A stretch of 64,000 nucleotides of DNA from an uncultured cyanobacterium (GCA_963793425.1 CAWCAG010000001.1:64001-128000); one strand, 5' to 3'. Positions 21,163-35,410 are shown, counted from the first letter of the stretch. The notes: generated from the sequence alone by a model not told the origin. Numbers and translations: made by a program.

Positions 21163-22461
21163 TTAATCTTCTTGAGTTCTAAACTTTACCGAGTCACCAT
21201 GGGAAGGTAAACCTTCAGCCTCAGCAAGTAGTTGAATCGCCCTAGACATTTTATTCAAAGCCGTAGGGGAATATTGAATCAAGCTAGAGTGCTTCAAAAA
21301 AGTTTCTACTCCTAAAGCAGAAGCGTAACGGGCTGCTCCCGAAGTTGGCAAAGTGTGGTTGGGGCCGGCTAAATAATCTCCCACCGCTTCAGGAGTTGAA
21401 CTACCTAGGAAGATTGCTCCTGCGTGGCGAATATATTCTAAAGTTGCCCAAGGATCTTTAACTTCTAACTCCAAATGTTCTGGGGCAAATAAATTAGAAA
21501 GTTCAGCAGCTTCTTCAATAGAACCCACCACCACAATCAAACCATAATTAGCGATCGCCTTTTCTGTATACAGACGACGAGGATGATCCTGGAGTTGTCG
21601 CTTAACTTCTGCTTGAACTTTGGTTGCTAATTCTGTTTCTGTAGTTAAAAGGATCGCAGCAGCCATGGGGTCATGTTCTGCTTGGGCTAACATATCTGTA
21701 GCCACATAAACTGGCTTAGCACTGCGGTCTGCAATAATTAGCACTTCTGAAGGCCCAGCTAAAGAATCAATACCCACTGTGCCGTAAACCATTTTCTTAG
21801 CCAAGGTGACATAAATATTACCCGGTCCAGTAATAATATCTACCTTGGGAATAGTTTCCGTTCCATAGGCTAAGGCAGCGATCGCTTGGGAACCACCAAC
21901 ACGATAAATTTCCTCAACTCCAGCCTCCGTAGCTGCTACCAACACAGCAGAATTAATTCTGCCCTCTGCCCCTGGCGGCGTTACCATCACCAAGCGAGGA
22001 ACTCCAGCTACTTTCGCCGGAATAGCGTTCATCAATACAGTACTAGGATAAGAAGCTTTGCCCCCAGGTACGTAGATGCCTGCCTTATCCACAGGAGTAT
22101 AGCGCTTACCTAAAACCACCTCATCTTCAGCAAAATGCACCCAAGACTGGGGAATTCTTTGGCGATGAAAATCTTCTATACGCTTAGATGCTAACCCAAT
22201 AGCATCTATTAATTCTTTATTAACTTGCTGATAAGCAGCATCAATTTCTGAACCGCTAACCCGGAGTTGTTCAGGCTTTAAAACTTGCCGATCAAACTTC
22301 GCTGTGTAATCTAGAAGACCTCTGTCTCCTTGAAGCTTGACAGTTCGTAGGACTTCGCGAACAACTTCCTCTTTCGAGTGGATCTCGAAATCAAAATTGC
22401 GATCGCAGATTCGCCGCAGTTCAGTTTTTGCCTCAGCCTGCTGAGTGATAATTCGCAGCAT
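21163..22461 (-). CDS. hisD: Histidinol dehydrogenase
   Basis: YVPGG, GPGNIYV, AGPSE, QAEHD, APEHLE and GDYLAGPNHTLPT. Confidence 0.97.
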   Translation of the reverse strand: MLRIITQQAEAKTELRRICDRNFDFEIHSKEEVVREVLRTVKLQGDRGLLDYTAKFDRQVLKPEQLRVSGSEIDAAYQQVNKELIDAIGLASKRIEDFHRQRIPQSWVHFAEDEVVLGKRYTPVDKAGIYVPGGKASYPSTVLMNAIPAKVAGVPRLVMVTPPGAEGRINSAVLVAATEAGVEEIYRVGGSQAIAALAYGTETIPKVDIITGPGNIYVTLAKKMVYGTVGIDSLAGPSEVLIIADRSAKPVYVATDMLAQAEHDPMAAAILLTTETELATKVQAEVKRQLQDHPRRLYTEKAIANYGLIVVVGSIEEAAELSNLFAPEHLELEVKDPWATLEYIRHAGAIFLGSSTPEAVGDYLAGPNHTLPTSGAARYASALGVETFLKHSSLIQYSPTALNKMSRAIQLLAEAEGLPSHGDSVKFRTQED

Positions 22462-22677
22462 GGAGTCAATAGTGCCAATTCTAGCGATTAACCAATGAAT
22501 GTGAGAAAGGCTTTATGTAGAACAAAATTCTACTTTTGCTTTAACCCACTTCTATAGCTTAACTCGGATTTTTTAGTGCTTGCACTTCTAGAGCAATAAT
22601 ATCCTTGAATTAAATTGCCACAGAAATGTTATACTGTTCGCTCTAAGTAACTACAAAAACTTTTTGTCTAGACAACA

Positions 22678-22968
22678 GTGGCCAACAGTAAGTCAGCAAT
22701 CAAACGTATCCAAATCTCCGAAAGGAACAGACAGCGCAACAAAGCCTATAAGTCAGCGGTGAGAACTCTGATGAAAAAATGCTTTAGCGCAACTCAAGAA
22801 TATGCCACCAATCCTAGCTCCGAAGCTCAGGAAAAGGTACAGCAAACCATGTCCGAGGCCTACCAAAAAATAGATAAAGCTGTTAAGCGCAAAGTTTTAC
22901 ACGCTAATAACGGGGCCCGCAAAAAGTCTCGTCTCGCCAAAGCTGTCAAACAAGCAACAGCATCATAA
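22678..22968 (+). CDS. rpsT: 30S ribosomal protein S20
   Basis: [10 protein letters not shown]...[22 protein letters not shown]. Confidence 0.97.
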   Translation: MANSKSAIKRIQISERNRQRNKAYKSAVRTLMKKCFSATQEYATNPSSEAQEKVQQTMSEAYQKIDKAVKRKVLHANNGARKKSRLAKAVKQATAS

Positions 22969-23010
22969 AAGCACAATTCCCTTGAAGTTTTTAGGTGGGA
23001 ACCAGTAAAA

Positions 23011-23793
23011 ATGCAGCTAATAGATAGCCATGTTCACATCAACTTTGATGTTTTTCAGGAGGATTTAGATGAGCTGCAAAAACGTTGGCAAGAAGCGGGA
23101 GTAGTACATCTAGTTCACTCCTGCGTCGAGCCAAAGGAATTTTCTAGTATTCAAGCTTTAGCCAATCGCTTTGAAGAACTTTCCTTTGCTGTGGGGTTGC
23201 ACCCCCTTGACGCTGAACAATGGAATAACCAAACAGCGGAGCAAATCCAGACTTTAGCCAAAAGTGATAACCGAGTTGTAGCAATTGGGGAAATGGGACT
23301 CGATTTTTACAAAGCGGAGAATCAGCAACAGCAAAAGTTGGTATTGGAAGAACAACTGAAAATTGCCCTCAAATTAGACAAACCCGTGATTATTCATTGT
23401 CGAGATGCTGCTGTTACCATGAGGGGGATTTTGCAGGATTACAAGCAGCAAAATAGTTCTTTACAAGGAGTAATGCACTGCTGGGGGGGAACAAAAGAAG
23501 AAACAAAATGGTTTTTGGACTTAGGCTTTTACATCAGTTTCAGCGGCATTATCACCTTTAAAAATGCTAAACAAGTCCAAGAATCAGCCCAACAAGTTCC
23601 GAGCGATCGCCTATTAGTTGAAACAGATTGTCCTTTTCTGGCTCCAGTTCCCCGCAGAGGGAAGCGTAACGAACCAGCTTTGGTACGTTATGTTGCTGAA
23701 TACTTAGCCCAACTGCGCCAAGTATCCCTAGAAACCCTCGCCAATCAGACCACAGCTAATGCCTGCGAGCTATTTGGTATTGCTCTAAATTAA
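23011..23793 (+). CDS. tatD: TatD family hydrolase
   Basis: DSHVH, GLHP, IGEMGLD and [10 protein letters not shown]; usual rpsT-tatD-rpoB order. Confidence 0.93.
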   Translation: MQLIDSHVHINFDVFQEDLDELQKRWQEAGVVHLVHSCVEPKEFSSIQALANRFEELSFAVGLHPLDAEQWNNQTAEQIQTLAKSDNRVVAIGEMGLDFYKAENQQQQKLVLEEQLKIALKLDKPVIIHCRDAAVTMRGILQDYKQQNSSLQGVMHCWGGTKEETKWFLDLGFYISFSGIITFKNAKQVQESAQQVPSDRLLVETDCPFLAPVPRRGKRNEPALVRYVAEYLAQLRQVSLETLANQTTANACELFGIALN

Positions 23794-24132
23794 TTGAAAA
23801 CTTCCTGTTTTGCTCTTGAATTTTAAGTCATAATAGTTAAAGGAGTAACTAGCAAGAAAATCAAGCTAGTGGATGATGGGAAAATTTCGCCCCTAACAAC
23901 ATCTAACCGAAGAAAATGAGAGCAGCTCTACTTCACTACATAAACTAACCGTAAGTGAAAACGCAACATCAAAAAACTGCAAGCAAAAAAGTTGAAGATA
24001 TCAACTAAAATCAACCATTGGTAATCAGTCTCCTGTCTAAAGATTGATTGCTTTTTGCTGCTGTTAGGGACAACATAATAAAAAAATTCCTAACCCCCTT
24101 GCCCCTCAAGATATATAACTGCCAAAAAACCT

Positions 24133-27100
24133 ATGACTAATCTAACTGATAATTTGCTCCCCGACCTAATTGACATTCAGCGCTCCAGCTTTCGCTGGTT
24201 TTTAAAAGAAGGATTAATCGAAGAATTAAATAGTTTTTCTCCTATTACCGACTATACAGGAAAATTAGAATTGCATTTTATTGGGGCTGAGTACAAACTC
24301 AAGCGACCAAAATATGATGTTGATGAAGCGAAGCGCCGGGACAGTACCTATGCAGTACAAATGTATGTCCCCACCCGCTTAATTAATAAAGAAACTGGAG
24401 AAATTAAAGAACAGGAAGTTTTTATCGGTGATTTACCCCTAATGACAGATAGGGGAACCTTCATCATCAACGGAGCAGAGCGAGTCATCGTCAACCAAAT
24501 CGTGCGATCGCCTGGGGTTTACTACAAAGGAGAAACAGATAAAAACGGTCGCCGTACCTATTCTGCTTCTTTAATTCCTAACCGAGGGGCATGGTTAAAA
24601 TTTGAAACCGATAAAAATGATTTAGTTTGGGTTCGCATCGACAAAACCCGCAAACTTTCAGCCCAAGTACTCCTCAAAGCCTTGGGTTTAGCTGATAGCG
24701 AAATAATGGACGCATTGCGCCATCCCGACTATTACTACAAAACCTTAGAAAAAGAAGGTAATCCCACCGAAGAGGATGCCTTAATGGAGTTATATCGTAA
24801 ACTTCGTCCTGGAGAACCTCCCACAGTCAACGGGGGTAAGGCGTTATTGGAATCACGCTTTTTTGATCCCAAACGCTATGATTTAGGGCGAGTAGGGCGA
24901 TACAAACTCAACAAAAAGCTACGCCTTAATGTACCTGATACCATGCGGGTACTGACCTCCACCGATATTCTTTCTGCCATTGATTATCTCATCAACTTAG
25001 AATTTGACATTGGTAGCACCGACGACATTGACCACTTAGGCAATCGCCGAGTCCGTTCTGTAGGAGAATTACTCCAAAACCAAGTTAGGGTAGGACTAAA
25101 TCGCCTAGAGCGCATCATCCGGGAGCGTATGACAGTATCAGAAGCAGATTCCCTTACCCCAGCTTCTTTGGTTAACCCCAAACCCTTAGTAGCTGCCATT
25201 AAGGAATTTTTTGGTTCCTCTCAACTCTCCCAGTTCATGGATCAAACCAATCCCCTCGCTGAGTTAACCCATAAGCGTCGTCTTAGTGCCTTAGGCCCAG
25301 GAGGCTTAACCAGGGAAAGGGCTGGATTTGCTGTCCGAGATATTCATCCTTCACACTACGGCCGTATTTGTCCTGTAGAAACTCCTGAAGGTCCCAATGC
25401 TGGCTTAATTGGTTCTTTAGCTACTTACGCTAGGGTTAACCAATACGGCTTTATTGAAACTCCTTACTTCAGAGCCGTTGATGGGCGGGTGCTTAAAGAC
25501 GAACCAGTAGCCTTTTTAACCGCTGACCAGGAAGACGATCAGAGGGTTGCTCCTGGAGATGTAGCTACAGACGAGGAAGGTTATATTTTGGGGGAAACCA
25601 TTCCTGTACGCTATCGTCAAGAATTCTCCACCACCAGCCCAGAGCAAGTGGATTACATAGCAGTTTCTCCCATGCAAATTGTCTCTGTAGCTACTAGCTT
25701 AATTCCTTTTTTAGAACACGACGATGCCAACCGAGCCTTAATGGGTTCTAATATGCAACGCCAAGCTGTTCCTTTACTACGGCCAGAAAGACCTTTAGTC
25801 GGAACGGGATTGGAAGCCCAAGCAGCGAGAGACTCTGGAATGGTAGTGGTTTCTCGCACCCATGGCATTGTCACTCATTTAGATGCTGAACGAGTTAAGG
25901 TTAGGGTAACTCAACCAAATGGAGAACCTTTACCTCCTAATGAATCTCCTCAAGAACTAGAATATATCCTGCAAAAATACCAACGTTCTAACCAAGATAC
26001 CTGCTTAAATCAGCGTCCTTTAGTTTATGAAGGAGAAGATGTCGTACCAGGACAGGTACTGGCTGATGGTTCCTCTACTGAAGGAGGGGAACTAGCTTTA
26101 GGGCAGAACGTACTAGTAGCCTATATGCCTTGGGAAGGTTACAACTACGAAGATGCCATCCTGATTTCTGAACGTCTAGTGTACGACGATGTCTATACCA
26201 GCATTCACATCGAAAAGTACGAAATTGAGGCACGGCAGACCAAGCTAGGGCCAGAAGAAATAACCAGAGAAATTCCCAACGTCGGGGAAGATGGACTGCG
26301 CCACTTAGATGAGCGGGGGATCATTCGCATTGGCGCTTGGGTAGAAGCAGGAGATATTTTAGTTGGAAAAGTAACTCCGAAAGGAGAATCAGACCAGCCT
26401 CCAGAAGAAAAACTCCTCAGAGCAATCTTTGGAGAAAAAGCTAGGGATGTGAGGGATAATTCCTTAAGAGTACCTAACGGTGAAAAAGGTCGCGTTGTAG
26501 ACGTGCGGGTCTTTACTAGGGAACAAGGAGACGAACTGCCTCCTGGAGCCAACATGGTGGTACGAGTTTATGTAGCCCAGAAACGAAAAATCCAAGTGGG
26601 AGACAAAATGGCAGGTCGCCACGGCAACAAAGGAATTATTTCCCGCATCCTTCCCATCGAAGATATGCCCTATCTCCCTGATGGCAAGCCCTTAGATATT
26701 GTTCTTAACCCATTAGGTGTACCTAGCCGTATGAATGTTGGCCAGGTCTTTGAATGTCTCCTCGGTTGGGCGGGAGACAATTTAGGAGTCCGCTTTAAAA
26801 TAACTCCCTTTGATGAGATGTATGGGGAAGAAGCTTCCCGCAATAGCGTCCATGGCAAACTTGCTGAAGCTACTAAAAGGCCGGGACGGGATTGGGTTTT
26901 TGACCCTGAAGAGCCAGGTAAAATCCAAGTTTACGATGGACGTACAGGAGAAGCATTTGATCGCCCTGTAACCGTCGGTCGAGCTTATATGTTGAAATTA
27001 GTTCACCTCGTAGATGATAAGATCCACGCCCGTTCCACCGGTCCTTATTCCTTAGTCACTCAACAACCTTTGGGAGGTAAAGCTCAACAAGGGGGTCAGC

Positions 27101-27459
27101 GCTTTGGAGAAATGGAAGTATGGGCATTAGAAGCCTATGGAGCCGCATATACCTTGCAGGAACTATTAACAGTTAAATCTGATGATATGCAAGGTCGTAA
27201 CGAAGCCCTTAACTCCATCGTTAAAGGTAAACCAATTCCCCGTCCGGGTACCCCAGAATCTTTCAAAGTCTTGATGCGAGAATTACAATCTTTAGGACTA
27301 GATATTGCAGTACATAAAGTAGAAACTGCCGAAGACGGAACCAGCCGCGATGTAGAAGTCGATCTTATGTCTGACTCAGAACGCCGCCGCGCCCCTAATC
27401 GTCCGACCTACGAATCCTTAACCAGGGAAGATATGCAAGAAGAAGGGGTAGATAGCTAA
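24133..27459 (+). CDS. rpoB: RNA polymerase beta subunit
   Basis: [20 protein letters not shown] and [10 protein letters not shown]. Confidence 0.99.
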   Translation: MTNLTDNLLPDLIDIQRSSFRWFLKEGLIEELNSFSPITDYTGKLELHFIGAEYKLKRPKYDVDEAKRRDSTYAVQMYVPTRLINKETGEIKEQEVFIGDLPLMTDRGTFIINGAERVIVNQIVRSPGVYYKGETDKNGRRTYSASLIPNRGAWLKFETDKNDLVWVRIDKTRKLSAQVLLKALGLADSEIMDALRHPDYYYKTLEKEGNPTEEDALMELYRKLRPGEPPTVNGGKALLESRFFDPKRYDLGRVGRYKLNKKLRLNVPDTMRVLTSTDILSAIDYLINLEFDIGSTDDIDHLGNRRVRSVGELLQNQVRVGLNRLERIIRERMTVSEADSLTPASLVNPKPLVAAIKEFFGSSQLSQFMDQTNPLAELTHKRRLSALGPGGLTRERAGFAVRDIHPSHYGRICPVETPEGPNAGLIGSLATYARVNQYGFIETPYFRAVDGRVLKDEPVAFLTADQEDDQRVAPGDVATDEEGYILGETIPVRYRQEFSTTSPEQVDYIAVSPMQIVSVATSLIPFLEHDDANRALMGSNMQRQAVPLLRPERPLVGTGLEAQAARDSGMVVVSRTHGIVTHLDAERVKVRVTQPNGEPLPPNESPQELEYILQKYQRSNQDTCLNQRPLVYEGEDVVPGQVLADGSSTEGGELALGQNVLVAYMPWEGYNYEDAILISERLVYDDVYTSIHIEKYEIEARQTKLGPEEITREIPNVGEDGLRHLDERGIIRIGAWVEAGDILVGKVTPKGESDQPPEEKLLRAIFGEKARDVRDNSLRVPNGEKGRVVDVRVFTREQGDELPPGANMVVRVYVAQKRKIQVGDKMAGRHGNKGIISRILPIEDMPYLPDGKPLDIVLNPLGVPSRMNVGQVFECLLGWAGDNLGVRFKITPFDEMYGEEASRNSVHGKLAEATKRPGRDWVFDPEEPGKIQVYDGRTGEAFDRPVTVGRAYMLKLVHLVDDKIHARSTGPYSLVTQQPLGGKAQQGGQRFGEMEVWALEAYGAAYTLQELLTVKSDDMQGRNEALNSIVKGKPIPRPGTPESFKVLMRELQSLGLDIAVHKVETAEDGTSRDVEVDLMSDSERRRAPNRPTYESLTREDMQEEGVDS

Positions 27460-27545
27460 AAGCAAGTTGAAGAGTGGGAGGTTTTGGCGCTTATTAATCT
27501 CCCACCCCCAGTTACTAAATAACTAAACCACTAGTCACTAAAAGA

Positions 27546-29423
27546 ATGAGAAACCAAGTAGAACAAAAATTCGACTATGTAAAAATTGGTATCGCTTCTC
27601 CAGAAAGAATTAGGCAATGGGGAGAGCGAACTTTACCTAATGGTCAAGTAGTGGGGGAAGTTACCAAACCAGAAACCATTAATTACCGGACATTAAAACC
27701 AGAAATGGACGGACTCTTTTGTGAGCGCATTTTTGGCCCAGCTAAAGATTGGGAATGTCACTGCGGTAAATATAAACGGGTACGCCACCGAGGTATTGTT
27801 TGTGAACGTTGTGGTGTAGAAGTGACTGAAAGCCGGGTACGTCGCCATCGCATGGGCTACATCAAGCTAGCGGCCCCTGTTACCCACGTTTGGTATCTTA
27901 AAGGCATTCCTAGCTACCTAAGTATTCTCCTCGATATGCCCCTGCGAGATGTGGAGCAGATAGTTTATTTTAATGCTTATGTTGTACTAGATCCTGGTAA
28001 TGCTAACAATCTTAACCACAAACAACTATTGACCGAAGACCAGTGGTTAGAAATAGAAGAACAACTCTATGCTGAAGAAACTGAATTAGAAGGTATTGAA
28101 GTTGGCATTGGAGCCGAAGCAATTCAACGACTCTTAGAAGAAGTAAAACTTGAAGAAGTTGCTGAACAACTTAGAGAAGATATTGCCAACGCCAAAGGAC
28201 AAAAACGAGCTAAATTAATCAAGCGGTTGCGAGTAATCGATAACTTTGTGGCCACAGGCGCTCGTCCGGAATCAATGGTTCTTACCTACATTCCGGTCAT
28301 TCCTCCCGATTTGCGTCCTATGGTGCAGTTAGATGGGGGCCGCTTTGCTACCTCTGACCTTAACGATTTGTATCGGCGGGTTATCAACCGGAATAATCGC
28401 TTGGCAAGGTTGCAAGAAATTCTTGCTCCGGAAATTATTGTCCGTAACGAAAAGCGGATGTTACAAGAGGCGGTAGATGCTCTCATTGATAATGGTCGTC
28501 GTGGTCGTACTGTAGTGGGAGCCAATAACCGCCCCTTAAAATCTCTCTCAGATATCATCGAAGGTAAGCAAGGGCGCTTCCGCCAAAACCTCTTAGGTAA
28601 AAGGGTAGATTACTCTGGTCGTTCCGTAATTGTGGTGGGACCAAAGCTAAAAATTTACCAATGTGGTTTGCCAAGGGAAATGGCTATCGAGTTATTCCAA
28701 CCCTTCGTCATCCATCGTTTAATTCGTAGTGGGTTGGTTAACAACATCAAAGCAGCCAAAAAACTGATCCAAAGGGGTGATCCTAGTGTTTGGGATGTCC
28801 TTGAAGAAGTAATTGCTGGACACCCAGTACTCCTTAACCGCGCTCCTACCTTACACCGTCTGGGTATTCAATCCTTTGAACCGATCATCGTTGAAGGTCG
28901 AGCAATTCAACTCCATCCTTTAGTTTGTCCAGCTTTCAACGCTGACTTCGATGGAGACCAAATGGCTGTTCACGTTCCCCTCTCCTTAGAATCTCAAGCT
29001 GAGGCCAGACTACTGATGCTGGCTTGTCATAATATTCTCTCTCCTGCTACAGGAAGGCCCATTGTTGCACCTTCCCAAGATATGGTACTTGGTTGCTACT
29101 ATCTCACGGCGGACAATCCTCAGTCCCAGAAAGGTGAAGGAAGCTATTATGGCAGCTTAGAAGATACTTTAAGGGCTTTTGAACAAGGAATTGTCCATAT
29201 TCATGCCTATGTCTGGGTTCGCTACCAAGGGAAAGTGCAAACTGCTCAACCGGACGACGAGGTTGTCTCTTCGGAAAAATTAGCCGATGGTACTGTGATG
29301 AAACATTATCGAGAAAGGCGAGTACGAGAAACAGCATCAGGAGAACAGTTATCCCAATTTATCCGCACAACCCCTGGTCGAATTATTTACAACAAAACAA
29401 TCCAAGAAGCCTTAGCTGTTTAA
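27546..29423 (+). CDS. rpoC1: RNA polymerase gamma subunit (beta' N-terminal half)
   Basis: NADFDGDQM active site and zinc finger. Confidence 0.99.
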   Translation: MRNQVEQKFDYVKIGIASPERIRQWGERTLPNGQVVGEVTKPETINYRTLKPEMDGLFCERIFGPAKDWECHCGKYKRVRHRGIVCERCGVEVTESRVRRHRMGYIKLAAPVTHVWYLKGIPSYLSILLDMPLRDVEQIVYFNAYVVLDPGNANNLNHKQLLTEDQWLEIEEQLYAEETELEGIEVGIGAEAIQRLLEEVKLEEVAEQLREDIANAKGQKRAKLIKRLRVIDNFVATGARPESMVLTYIPVIPPDLRPMVQLDGGRFATSDLNDLYRRVINRNNRLARLQEILAPEIIVRNEKRMLQEAVDALIDNGRRGRTVVGANNRPLKSLSDIIEGKQGRFRQNLLGKRVDYSGRSVIVVGPKLKIYQCGLPREMAIELFQPFVIHRLIRSGLVNNIKAAKKLIQRGDPSVWDVLEEVIAGHPVLLNRAPTLHRLGIQSFEPIIVEGRAIQLHPLVCPAFNADFDGDQMAVHVPLSLESQAEARLLMLACHNILSPATGRPIVAPSQDMVLGCYYLTADNPQSQKGEGSYYGSLEDTLRAFEQGIVHIHAYVWVRYQGKVQTAQPDDEVVSSEKLADGTVMKHYRERRVRETASGEQLSQFIRTTPGRIIYNKTIQEALAV

Positions 29424-29493
29424 GTCCTTCAGGTTTCTAGGAAAGAGTTTTAGACAAAGCGATCGCCACCTAAATTTTGATAACCGAAAAAAA

Positions 29494-32400
29494 ATGAGTA
29501 AAGAACAAGTCTTTTTCAATCGTATTGTTGATAAGAAGCAACTCAAAAACTTAATGGCCTGGGCTTATACAAATTATGGTAGTGCTAGCTCAGCTCAAAT
29601 GGCAGACCTGCTAAAAGAAATGGGTTTTCGCTATGCTACCCGTGCAGGGGTATCTATTAGTATTGATGATTTGCAAGTACCGCCAGTTAAACGGAAGATG
29701 CTTGAAGAAGCTGAGGCGGAAATCAAAGTTACTGAATCTCGCTATTCTAAAGGGGAAATAACCGAAGTAGAGCGATTCCAAAAAGTAATTGATACTTGGA
29801 ATAGTACTAGTGAAGCCCTTAAAGATGAAGTGGTAACCAACTTCCGTACCACTGATCCTCTTAACTCTGTCTATATGATGGCCTTCTCTGGGGCGCGGGG
29901 CAATCTTTCCCAAGTGCGTCAGCTTGTGGGTATGCGAGGATTGATGGCAGATCCCCAAGGAGAAATCATTGACCTCCCCATTAAAACCAACTTCAGAGAA
30001 GGGCTAACGGTAACAGAATATATTATCTCTTCCTACGGCGCTCGCAAAGGTTTAGTGGATACGGCTCTACGTACTGCGGATTCTGGTTATTTGACCCGAC
30101 GTTTAGTAGATGTATCTCAAGACGTAATTGTCAGGGAAATTGACTGCGGCACTCAACGAAGCATTGAAGCCACTAGTATGCGGGATGGTGAGAGGGTTTT
30201 GATCCCCCTTGGTCACAGACTCTTAGGTCGAGTTCTGGCTGAGGATGTAGTAGACCCTGAAACAGGAGAGGTAATTGCTAAACGGAACAAAATCATCGAC
30301 CAAGACTTATCAGAGAAAATTGGTGCTGTTACTGACGATGTGATGGTACGTTCTCCTTTAACCTGCGAAGCAGCTAGGTCTGTTTGCCAAACCTGTTATG
30401 GTTGGAGCCTAGCCCACGGCTACCCAGTGAATTTAGGAGAAGCCGTAGGGATTATTGCGGCTCAATCCATTGGTGAACCAGGTACTCAGCTAACTATGCG
30501 TACCTTCCATACAGGAGGAGTATTCACAGGAGAAGTGGCTCAACAAATTCGCGCTCCTTTCTCTGGGAAAGTAGAAATTGGTAAAAAACTGCGTACCAGG
30601 GTAGTTCGTACTAACCATGGAGATGAGCGAGAGCAAGTAGAAGTGGCCGGAGATTTGACAATCAAGCCTAGCTCTGGTGGCAAATCTGCTTCTAAAATAT
30701 ATAACTTAACCCCTGGCTCTAGGATTTGGGTCAAACATGGAGATACTGTTACTGAAGGGCAAATGCTAGTAGAACTAGCCGCCGGGAAAAAAGCTCGTTC
30801 TACCGAAAGAGCCGCTAAGAATGTAGCCTCCGACATGACAGGAGAAGTTCTCTTTGACAAACTCGCTGTAGAAGAAAAAACTGACCGCCAAGGCAATACA
30901 ACCCGTAATGTGGTTAGAGGTGGCTTGCTTTGGGTATTGTCTGGAGAAGTATATAACTTGCCTACTGGAGCAGAACCTGTAGTTAAAAATGGTGATGAAA
31001 TCAATCCAGAAACGGTTATTGCTGAAACCAAGCTTTCCAGTGTAGCTGGGGGCATAGTACGCCTTTCTAAGGAAGAAGACAATCGTAATATCGAAATTGT
31101 CAACTCCTCAGTTCAACTCGACGACGGTATTGTCCGACGAGAAAGTAATGGTGGTCGAGAGCAATATGTCATTGAAACAGAGGATGGTCAGCGCTATCTC
31201 CTCAAAGCTACTCCAGGAGCCAAAATTGCTGATCAGCAAATTATCGGCGAACTCATTGACGAACGCTACCATACCAATACCGGAGGTATGGTCAAATACG
31301 CAGGTATAGAGGTAGGGAAGAAAAGCAAAGGCAAGCCAGGCTATGAAGTCATTCAAGGGGGAACTTTAGTTTGGATACCGGAAGAGTGTCACGAAGTTAA
31401 CAAAGATATCTCCCTATTGCAAGTTGAAGATGGTCAGTATGTAGAAGGAGGAACTGAAGTAGTTAAAGATGTCTTTTGTCAAACCTCTGGAGTCGTTGAG
31501 GTTGTTCAAAAAAATGATATTCTTCGGGAAATTGTCATTAAACCAGGGGATCTTCATCTCATTGAAGGGGACATACCCAGCGATGCTGAACCTAGATTAG
31601 TTCAAGCGGGAGAAGAGGTTATTCCTGGGGTTGTATCATCGGAATTACGTTATGCAGACTACCTGGAAACTCCATCAGGAGCAGCCTTACTCTTACGTCC
31701 GGTAGTAGAATATACTATCACCAATGAACCGGAAACTCCCAAAACCAGCTCCCTCAACCAACAAGTTAATCGAGAAATTCAACTAGCTGCTGTACAACGG
31801 CTATTCTACAAAGATGGAGAACGGGTCAAGTCTGTAGAAGGTTTAGAGCTAATGCGGACTCAGCTAGTCTTAGAAATTGGGCATCAGGAAAACGAAGAAA
31901 AACTAGACCGCGCCAACCTTGCTGCGGACTTAGAATTAGTCCCTATTAGTGACAATGAGGAAGATATAGACCAATACAGCTTACAGCTAGTTTGTATAGA
32001 AACTTTGGTTTTGAGGCGTGATCGCTCTAACGAGCCCCATAGTGGTGGTACGAAAAACCGCCTCCTCGTTAAAGATGGGGATGAAATAACTCCTGGTGCT
32101 GTCGTTGCCCGTACAGAAATTCAATGTAAAGAAGCCGGAGAAGTACGAGGTATCAGAGAAGGGGTAGAAGCTATTCGCCGGGTTTTGGTAGTTCGCGATG
32201 GCGATCGCATCACTATTCCTGTAGAAGGGGAAACAAAAGTCAAAAAAGGTGACCTTCTTGTCGCAGGTAGTGAGCTTGCCAGTGGCATTTACAGTGAAGA
32301 CTCTGGACAAGTTGTCAAGGTTGAACCATCACAAGTGACTCTTCGTCTGGCCCGTCCTTATCGGGTTTCTCCAGGTGCAGTACTGCACATTGATGACGGA

Positions 32401-33456
32401 GATTTAGTCCAGCGTGGTGATCACTTAGTGCTGTTGGTTTTTGAAAGGGCCAAAACTGGAGATATTATCCAAGGTTTACCTCGTATTGAAGAACTGCTTG
32501 AAGGACGCAAACCCAAAGAAGGGTGTATTCTTGCTCGTCTACCTGGGGTAGCCCAAGTGGTTTATGATGAGGACGATGTGGTGGATGTGAAAGTAATTGA
32601 AGAAGATGGCACTATTGCTGACTATCCCCTACGCCCTGGTCAAAATGCCCTCGTCAGTGATGGACAGCAAGTACAAACTGGTACTCCTTTAACAGACGGA
32701 CCAGCTAATCCCCATGAAATTTTAGAGATTTTCTTTAACTATCATCTTGAAGAACATGGGGTTTATGAAGCAGCTTTATTGGGTTTACAACAGGCTCAAG
32801 CCTTTTTGGTTAATGAGGTTCAGTCAGTATACCAATCCCAAGGCATTGACATTTCTGATAAGCACATTGAAGTTATTGTCCGCCAGATGACTTCTAAGGT
32901 AAGAGTTGATGATGGAGGTGATACCACCACCCTACCTGGAGAATTGGTGGAACTGCGCCAAATTGAGCAAGTTAACGAAGCCATGTCCATCACTGGTAGC
33001 GCACCAGCCCGCTATACTCCAGTCTTGTTAGGCATCACCAAAGCTTCTTTAAATACCGATAGCTTCATCTCAGCAGCTTCTTTCCAGGAAACCACCAGGG
33101 TTCTAACCGAAGCTGCTATTGAAGGCAAATCTGACTGGCTGAGAGGTTTGAAAGAAAATGTGATTATCGGACGCTTAATCCCTGCTGGTACGGGTTTCAA
33201 TCAACATAGCGATGACTCCCTTACTCCACCTATGGAAACAGACCAAAGTATTGCTAGTGCAGCAGCTTATCCCTTTGGTAGCGTAGGAGATGGAGGAGCT
33301 AATATAGGCAACCAAGATCCTCTGGATGTGGTTCTTGATGACCGTACAGCCCGTGCTTACACTCGTTCTGAACGTCCTTTTTCTCAAGAGGGTTTCAATC
33401 CTGTAATTGATGATGAGAATATCGGCAGTTCGGGTTGGAATACTCCGTCGGAGTAA
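29494..33456 (+). CDS. rpoC2: RNA polymerase beta' subunit (cyanobacterial C-terminal half with large SI3 insertion)
   Basis: [27 protein letters not shown] and [17 protein letters not shown]. Confidence 0.99.
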   Translation: MSKEQVFFNRIVDKKQLKNLMAWAYTNYGSASSAQMADLLKEMGFRYATRAGVSISIDDLQVPPVKRKMLEEAEAEIKVTESRYSKGEITEVERFQKVIDTWNSTSEALKDEVVTNFRTTDPLNSVYMMAFSGARGNLSQVRQLVGMRGLMADPQGEIIDLPIKTNFREGLTVTEYIISSYGARKGLVDTALRTADSGYLTRRLVDVSQDVIVREIDCGTQRSIEATSMRDGERVLIPLGHRLLGRVLAEDVVDPETGEVIAKRNKIIDQDLSEKIGAVTDDVMVRSPLTCEAARSVCQTCYGWSLAHGYPVNLGEAVGIIAAQSIGEPGTQLTMRTFHTGGVFTGEVAQQIRAPFSGKVEIGKKLRTRVVRTNHGDEREQVEVAGDLTIKPSSGGKSASKIYNLTPGSRIWVKHGDTVTEGQMLVELAAGKKARSTERAAKNVASDMTGEVLFDKLAVEEKTDRQGNTTRNVVRGGLLWVLSGEVYNLPTGAEPVVKNGDEINPETVIAETKLSSVAGGIVRLSKEEDNRNIEIVNSSVQLDDGIVRRESNGGREQYVIETEDGQRYLLKATPGAKIADQQIIGELIDERYHTNTGGMVKYAGIEVGKKSKGKPGYEVIQGGTLVWIPEECHEVNKDISLLQVEDGQYVEGGTEVVKDVFCQTSGVVEVVQKNDILREIVIKPGDLHLIEGDIPSDAEPRLVQAGEEVIPGVVSSELRYADYLETPSGAALLLRPVVEYTITNEPETPKTSSLNQQVNREIQLAAVQRLFYKDGERVKSVEGLELMRTQLVLEIGHQENEEKLDRANLAADLELVPISDNEEDIDQYSLQLVCIETLVLRRDRSNEPHSGGTKNRLLVKDGDEITPGAVVARTEIQCKEAGEVRGIREGVEAIRRVLVVRDGDRITIPVEGETKVKKGDLLVAGSELASGIYSEDSGQVVKVEPSQVTLRLARPYRVSPGAVLHIDDGDLVQRGDHLVLLVFERAKTGDIIQGLPRIEELLEGRKPKEGCILARLPGVAQVVYDEDDVVDVKVIEEDGTIADYPLRPGQNALVSDGQQVQTGTPLTDGPANPHEILEIFFNYHLEEHGVYEAALLGLQQAQAFLVNEVQSVYQSQGIDISDKHIEVIVRQMTSKVRVDDGGDTTTLPGELVELRQIEQVNEAMSITGSAPARYTPVLLGITKASLNTDSFISAASFQETTRVLTEAAIEGKSDWLRGLKENVIIGRLIPAGTGFNQHSDDSLTPPMETDQSIASAAAYPFGSVGDGGANIGNQDPLDVVLDDRTARAYTRSERPFSQEGFNPVIDDENIGSSGWNTPSE

Positions 33457-33463
33457 TAATGTT

Positions 33464-33492
33464 GTAGAGACGTTCTGCTAGAACGTCTCTGC
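33464..33492. repeat. GTAG-type REP-like palindrome (GTAGAGACGTTCT-N3-AGAACGTCTCT) after rpoC2; possible terminator
   Basis: Near-perfect hairpin; a near-identical copy lies at 45311-45337. Confidence 0.75.
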
Positions 33493-33521
33493 TTAAAGGA
33501 GGGGAGAAACGAAAACATTGT

Positions 33522-34181
33522 ATGACTACAAAGATTGACTTAGTGTTAGGGTTGGTAATTACGAGTTTATTAACCCTTAACTCTCAAGCCATTGCAACTC
33601 CTAAATTAGCTCAAGTAGAAGATGTTGCTTCCCATTTGGTAGGAGTTATGGATACTTCCCAGCAGGCTGCGGTTAATCCTAATCGGGTTAACGTTCGTAT
33701 GACCACTTGTCAAGTGCGCTTAAATGAAGGAAATTCTAGTTTCAATATTTCTAATTCAATCTTCCTTTATCAAGAACAAGCATTAGTAGAAAATCTCAAT
33801 CAGCCTTATCGCCAAAGAATTTTACGCCTTGCTCCTAATCCCTATGGAGAAGGCGTAGAGTCTAAATCTTTTAAATATCTTCAGCCTGAAGCTTTGGTGG
33901 GTTTGTGTCAACAACCTGAAGCAAATAGAGTAGTTTCGGCTCAGGAATTAACGGATGTTAATTGTAGCGTTTTCTTAGTTCCCATTGCGACTATTTATCT
34001 AGGTAAAACTTCCTCAGAAGGCTGTCCGACTAACTTTCGGGGAGCAACTAAAATTACTAATTTAGTTATCCTTAATGCTCAAGGTATGGAAACTTGGGAT
34101 CAAGGTTTAAATGAGAAAGGAGAGCAAGTTTGGGGGGCAGAAAATGAGCCTTTTATTTATACTTGGCAAGAACAGAATTAA
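33522..34181 (+). CDS. CpcT/CpeT-family (chromophore lyase-like) protein with signal peptide
   Basis: LYQEQA...PYRQR, GCPT and WDQG...GEQVWG. Confidence 0.8.
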   Translation: MTTKIDLVLGLVITSLLTLNSQAIATPKLAQVEDVASHLVGVMDTSQQAAVNPNRVNVRMTTCQVRLNEGNSSFNISNSIFLYQEQALVENLNQPYRQRILRLAPNPYGEGVESKSFKYLQPEALVGLCQQPEANRVVSAQELTDVNCSVFLVPIATIYLGKTSSEGCPTNFRGATKITNLVILNAQGMETWDQGLNEKGEQVWGAENEPFIYTWQEQN

Positions 34182-34194
34182 AGGAATATAGGAA

Positions 34195-35295
34195 TTATCC
34201 CAAAGGATTTAGGTTGAACCGGGCAATAGTACGCTCATTTTCCTGGCTACTACCTACTGTAACCCTTAATCCTCCTCCTGTGTGACGAATTAAAGTACCT
34301 TTTTGTTTTAAGGTTTGGGTTAGTTGTTGCAGATTGGTTTGGGAGCGTAGGTAAAGAAAATTAGCTGAACTAGGCCAAACTTCTAAGGCAGGATTTTGGC
34401 AGAAAGCCTGATATAGCCTTTGTCTTTCTTGTAAGGTTTTGGGAATGGAGGCGAGAAGAAGATGGCGAAAATCTAAAGCAATTTGCGCCGCAGCCTGGGA
34501 AAAACTCGGTAAATTATAAGGGAGGCGGACTTTTTCTAGAGCAATAATCATTTCTGGATGGGCAATGCCATAACCAATTCTGTGGGCAGCGAGGCGGAAG
34601 GCTTTGGAGAAGGTTCGCAAAATTATCCAATTAGGATGGCTTTTTAATTCTTCTACTAAAGAAGTTTGGCTAAATTCAAAATAAGCTTCGTCGATAACTA
34701 CCAAAATATTTTGGGGCAGGTTGCGTAACCAAGTTATTTCTTCTGGGGTGAGGGGGTTAGCAGTGGGAGAGTTGGGATGCACCACAAAAACAACCCGAAT
34801 GGGAGGATTTTTGGTGGCTTTGATCGCTTCTTTAGCTTGGTTGATATTTAGGGCAAAATCATCTTCCTTTCGCTCTATACTAACAACCGGAATACCCAAA
34901 GTTTTAGCTAAGATTCCGTACATAGAGAAAGTCGGGTTAGCAACCAGAATTGCCCCTTCCCCCCCTAAGCAAGTGGCAATTAGTATTGAACGAATTAATT
35001 CATCGGAACCATTACCAACAGAAATATTTTCTGGTGAAATTGCTCTTTCCAAACCAGCAGATTCATTAACATAAGCAGCAATCTTTTGTTTTAATATTAG
35101 GTGAGAGCCATCAGGATAACGATTCGTTTTGATTGCTTGTTGATAAACTGAAGCGAGTTTATCTTTCAATTCTAAAGGCAAATCAAAGGGACTTTCGTTA
35201 GTATCAAGTTGGTCTATAGGAATATTAACTTTACCGCCAGGATGGGCTTTATAGGCTTGCAGTTGGTTAAGATCGGGACGAATAAAAGGAAACAT
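34195..35295 (-). CDS. hisC: Histidinol-phosphate aminotransferase
   Basis: [20 protein letters not shown] and RTFSKAF. Confidence 0.92.
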   Translation of the reverse strand: MFPFIRPDLNQLQAYKAHPGGKVNIPIDQLDTNESPFDLPLELKDKLASVYQQAIKTNRYPDGSHLILKQKIAAYVNESAGLERAISPENISVGNGSDELIRSILIATCLGGEGAILVANPTFSMYGILAKTLGIPVVSIERKEDDFALNINQAKEAIKATKNPPIRVVFVVHPNSPTANPLTPEEITWLRNLPQNILVVIDEAYFEFSQTSLVEELKSHPNWIILRTFSKAFRLAAHRIGYGIAHPEMIIALEKVRLPYNLPSFSQAAAQIALDFRHLLLASIPKTLQERQRLYQAFCQNPALEVWPSSANFLYLRSQTNLQQLTQTLKQKGTLIRHTGGGLRVTVGSSQENERTIARFNLNPLG

Positions 35296-35410
35296 ACAAA
35301 ATATGCTAACGGCTAATAGCTGATGGGAATTTTTTTTAGCGAGAAATAATTGAAGAGGGGGTTAGCTTTTGCTAATGATAAGTAGTCAGCTTAGCCTACA
35401 ACGATGACAA

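Noticed and set aside
30540..32460. Intein or foreign insertion in rpoC2
   Set aside because: This is the normal cyanobacterial SI3 (SBHM repeat) insertion; no intein C/S...HN motifs are present.
24984..33387. Antisense and alternate-frame ORFs inside rpoB/rpoC1/rpoC2 (and similar shadow ORFs in other genes)
   Set aside because: They are fully nested in well-supported genes and are expected from codon bias.
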